From Octopus bimaculoides (Eukaryota): 48,207 nucleotides of DNA. Shown here one piece after another: positions 48,174 to 48,207 of the stretch. Numbering within the stretch: position 1 is the stretch's first letter; every line of letters starts with the position of its first letter. Below the pieces are notes generated by a model. It saw only the letters and a program-made list of their open reading frames with translations. It ran no database searches and was not told the DNA's origin. The translations under genes and the position numbers were made by a program. Location of the stretch: NCBI RefSeq assembly GCF_001194135.2, contig NC_068987.1:29337220-29385426 (forward strand), given 5' to 3'.

Positions 48174-48207
48174 TGTGTGCGTGCGTGTGTGTGCGTGTGT
48201 GTGTGAG
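48108..48207. repeat. (TA)n/(TG)n microsatellite
   Basis: Direct inspection. Confidence 0.95.

Overview
AT-rich, repeat-dense animal DNA with no prokaryotic features. The SINE families, compound microsatellites and N-gaps at microsatellites match my recollection of an Octopus-type (cephalopod) short-read assembly; this is inference, not a search result. No intact protein-coding gene can be named. Most long ORFs in the track are artefacts of N-gaps or microsatellites. The window is a layered set of decayed transposable elements: two internally deleted Gypsy (K02A2.6/Mag-like) LTR elements, a Dong-R4-type LINE split by one of them, a near-complete Tc1, several mariner remnants and MITEs, two different Penelope-like elements head to head, two L1/Tx1-like ORF1 pieces with no visible ORF2, and about 20 copies of three tRNA-derived SINE families (my labels A, B, C). 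The most interesting candidate is a ~1.6 kb element encoding only a CCHC ORF1 protein, apparently inserted inside the tRNA-like head of one SINE copy (36.2-37.8 kb). A speculative, phase-compatible chain of plus-strand exons (including an 8-nt microexon) may represent a host gene. All family calls come from manual translation and motif recognition; element boundaries are approximate unless a TSD or terminal repeat is quoted.
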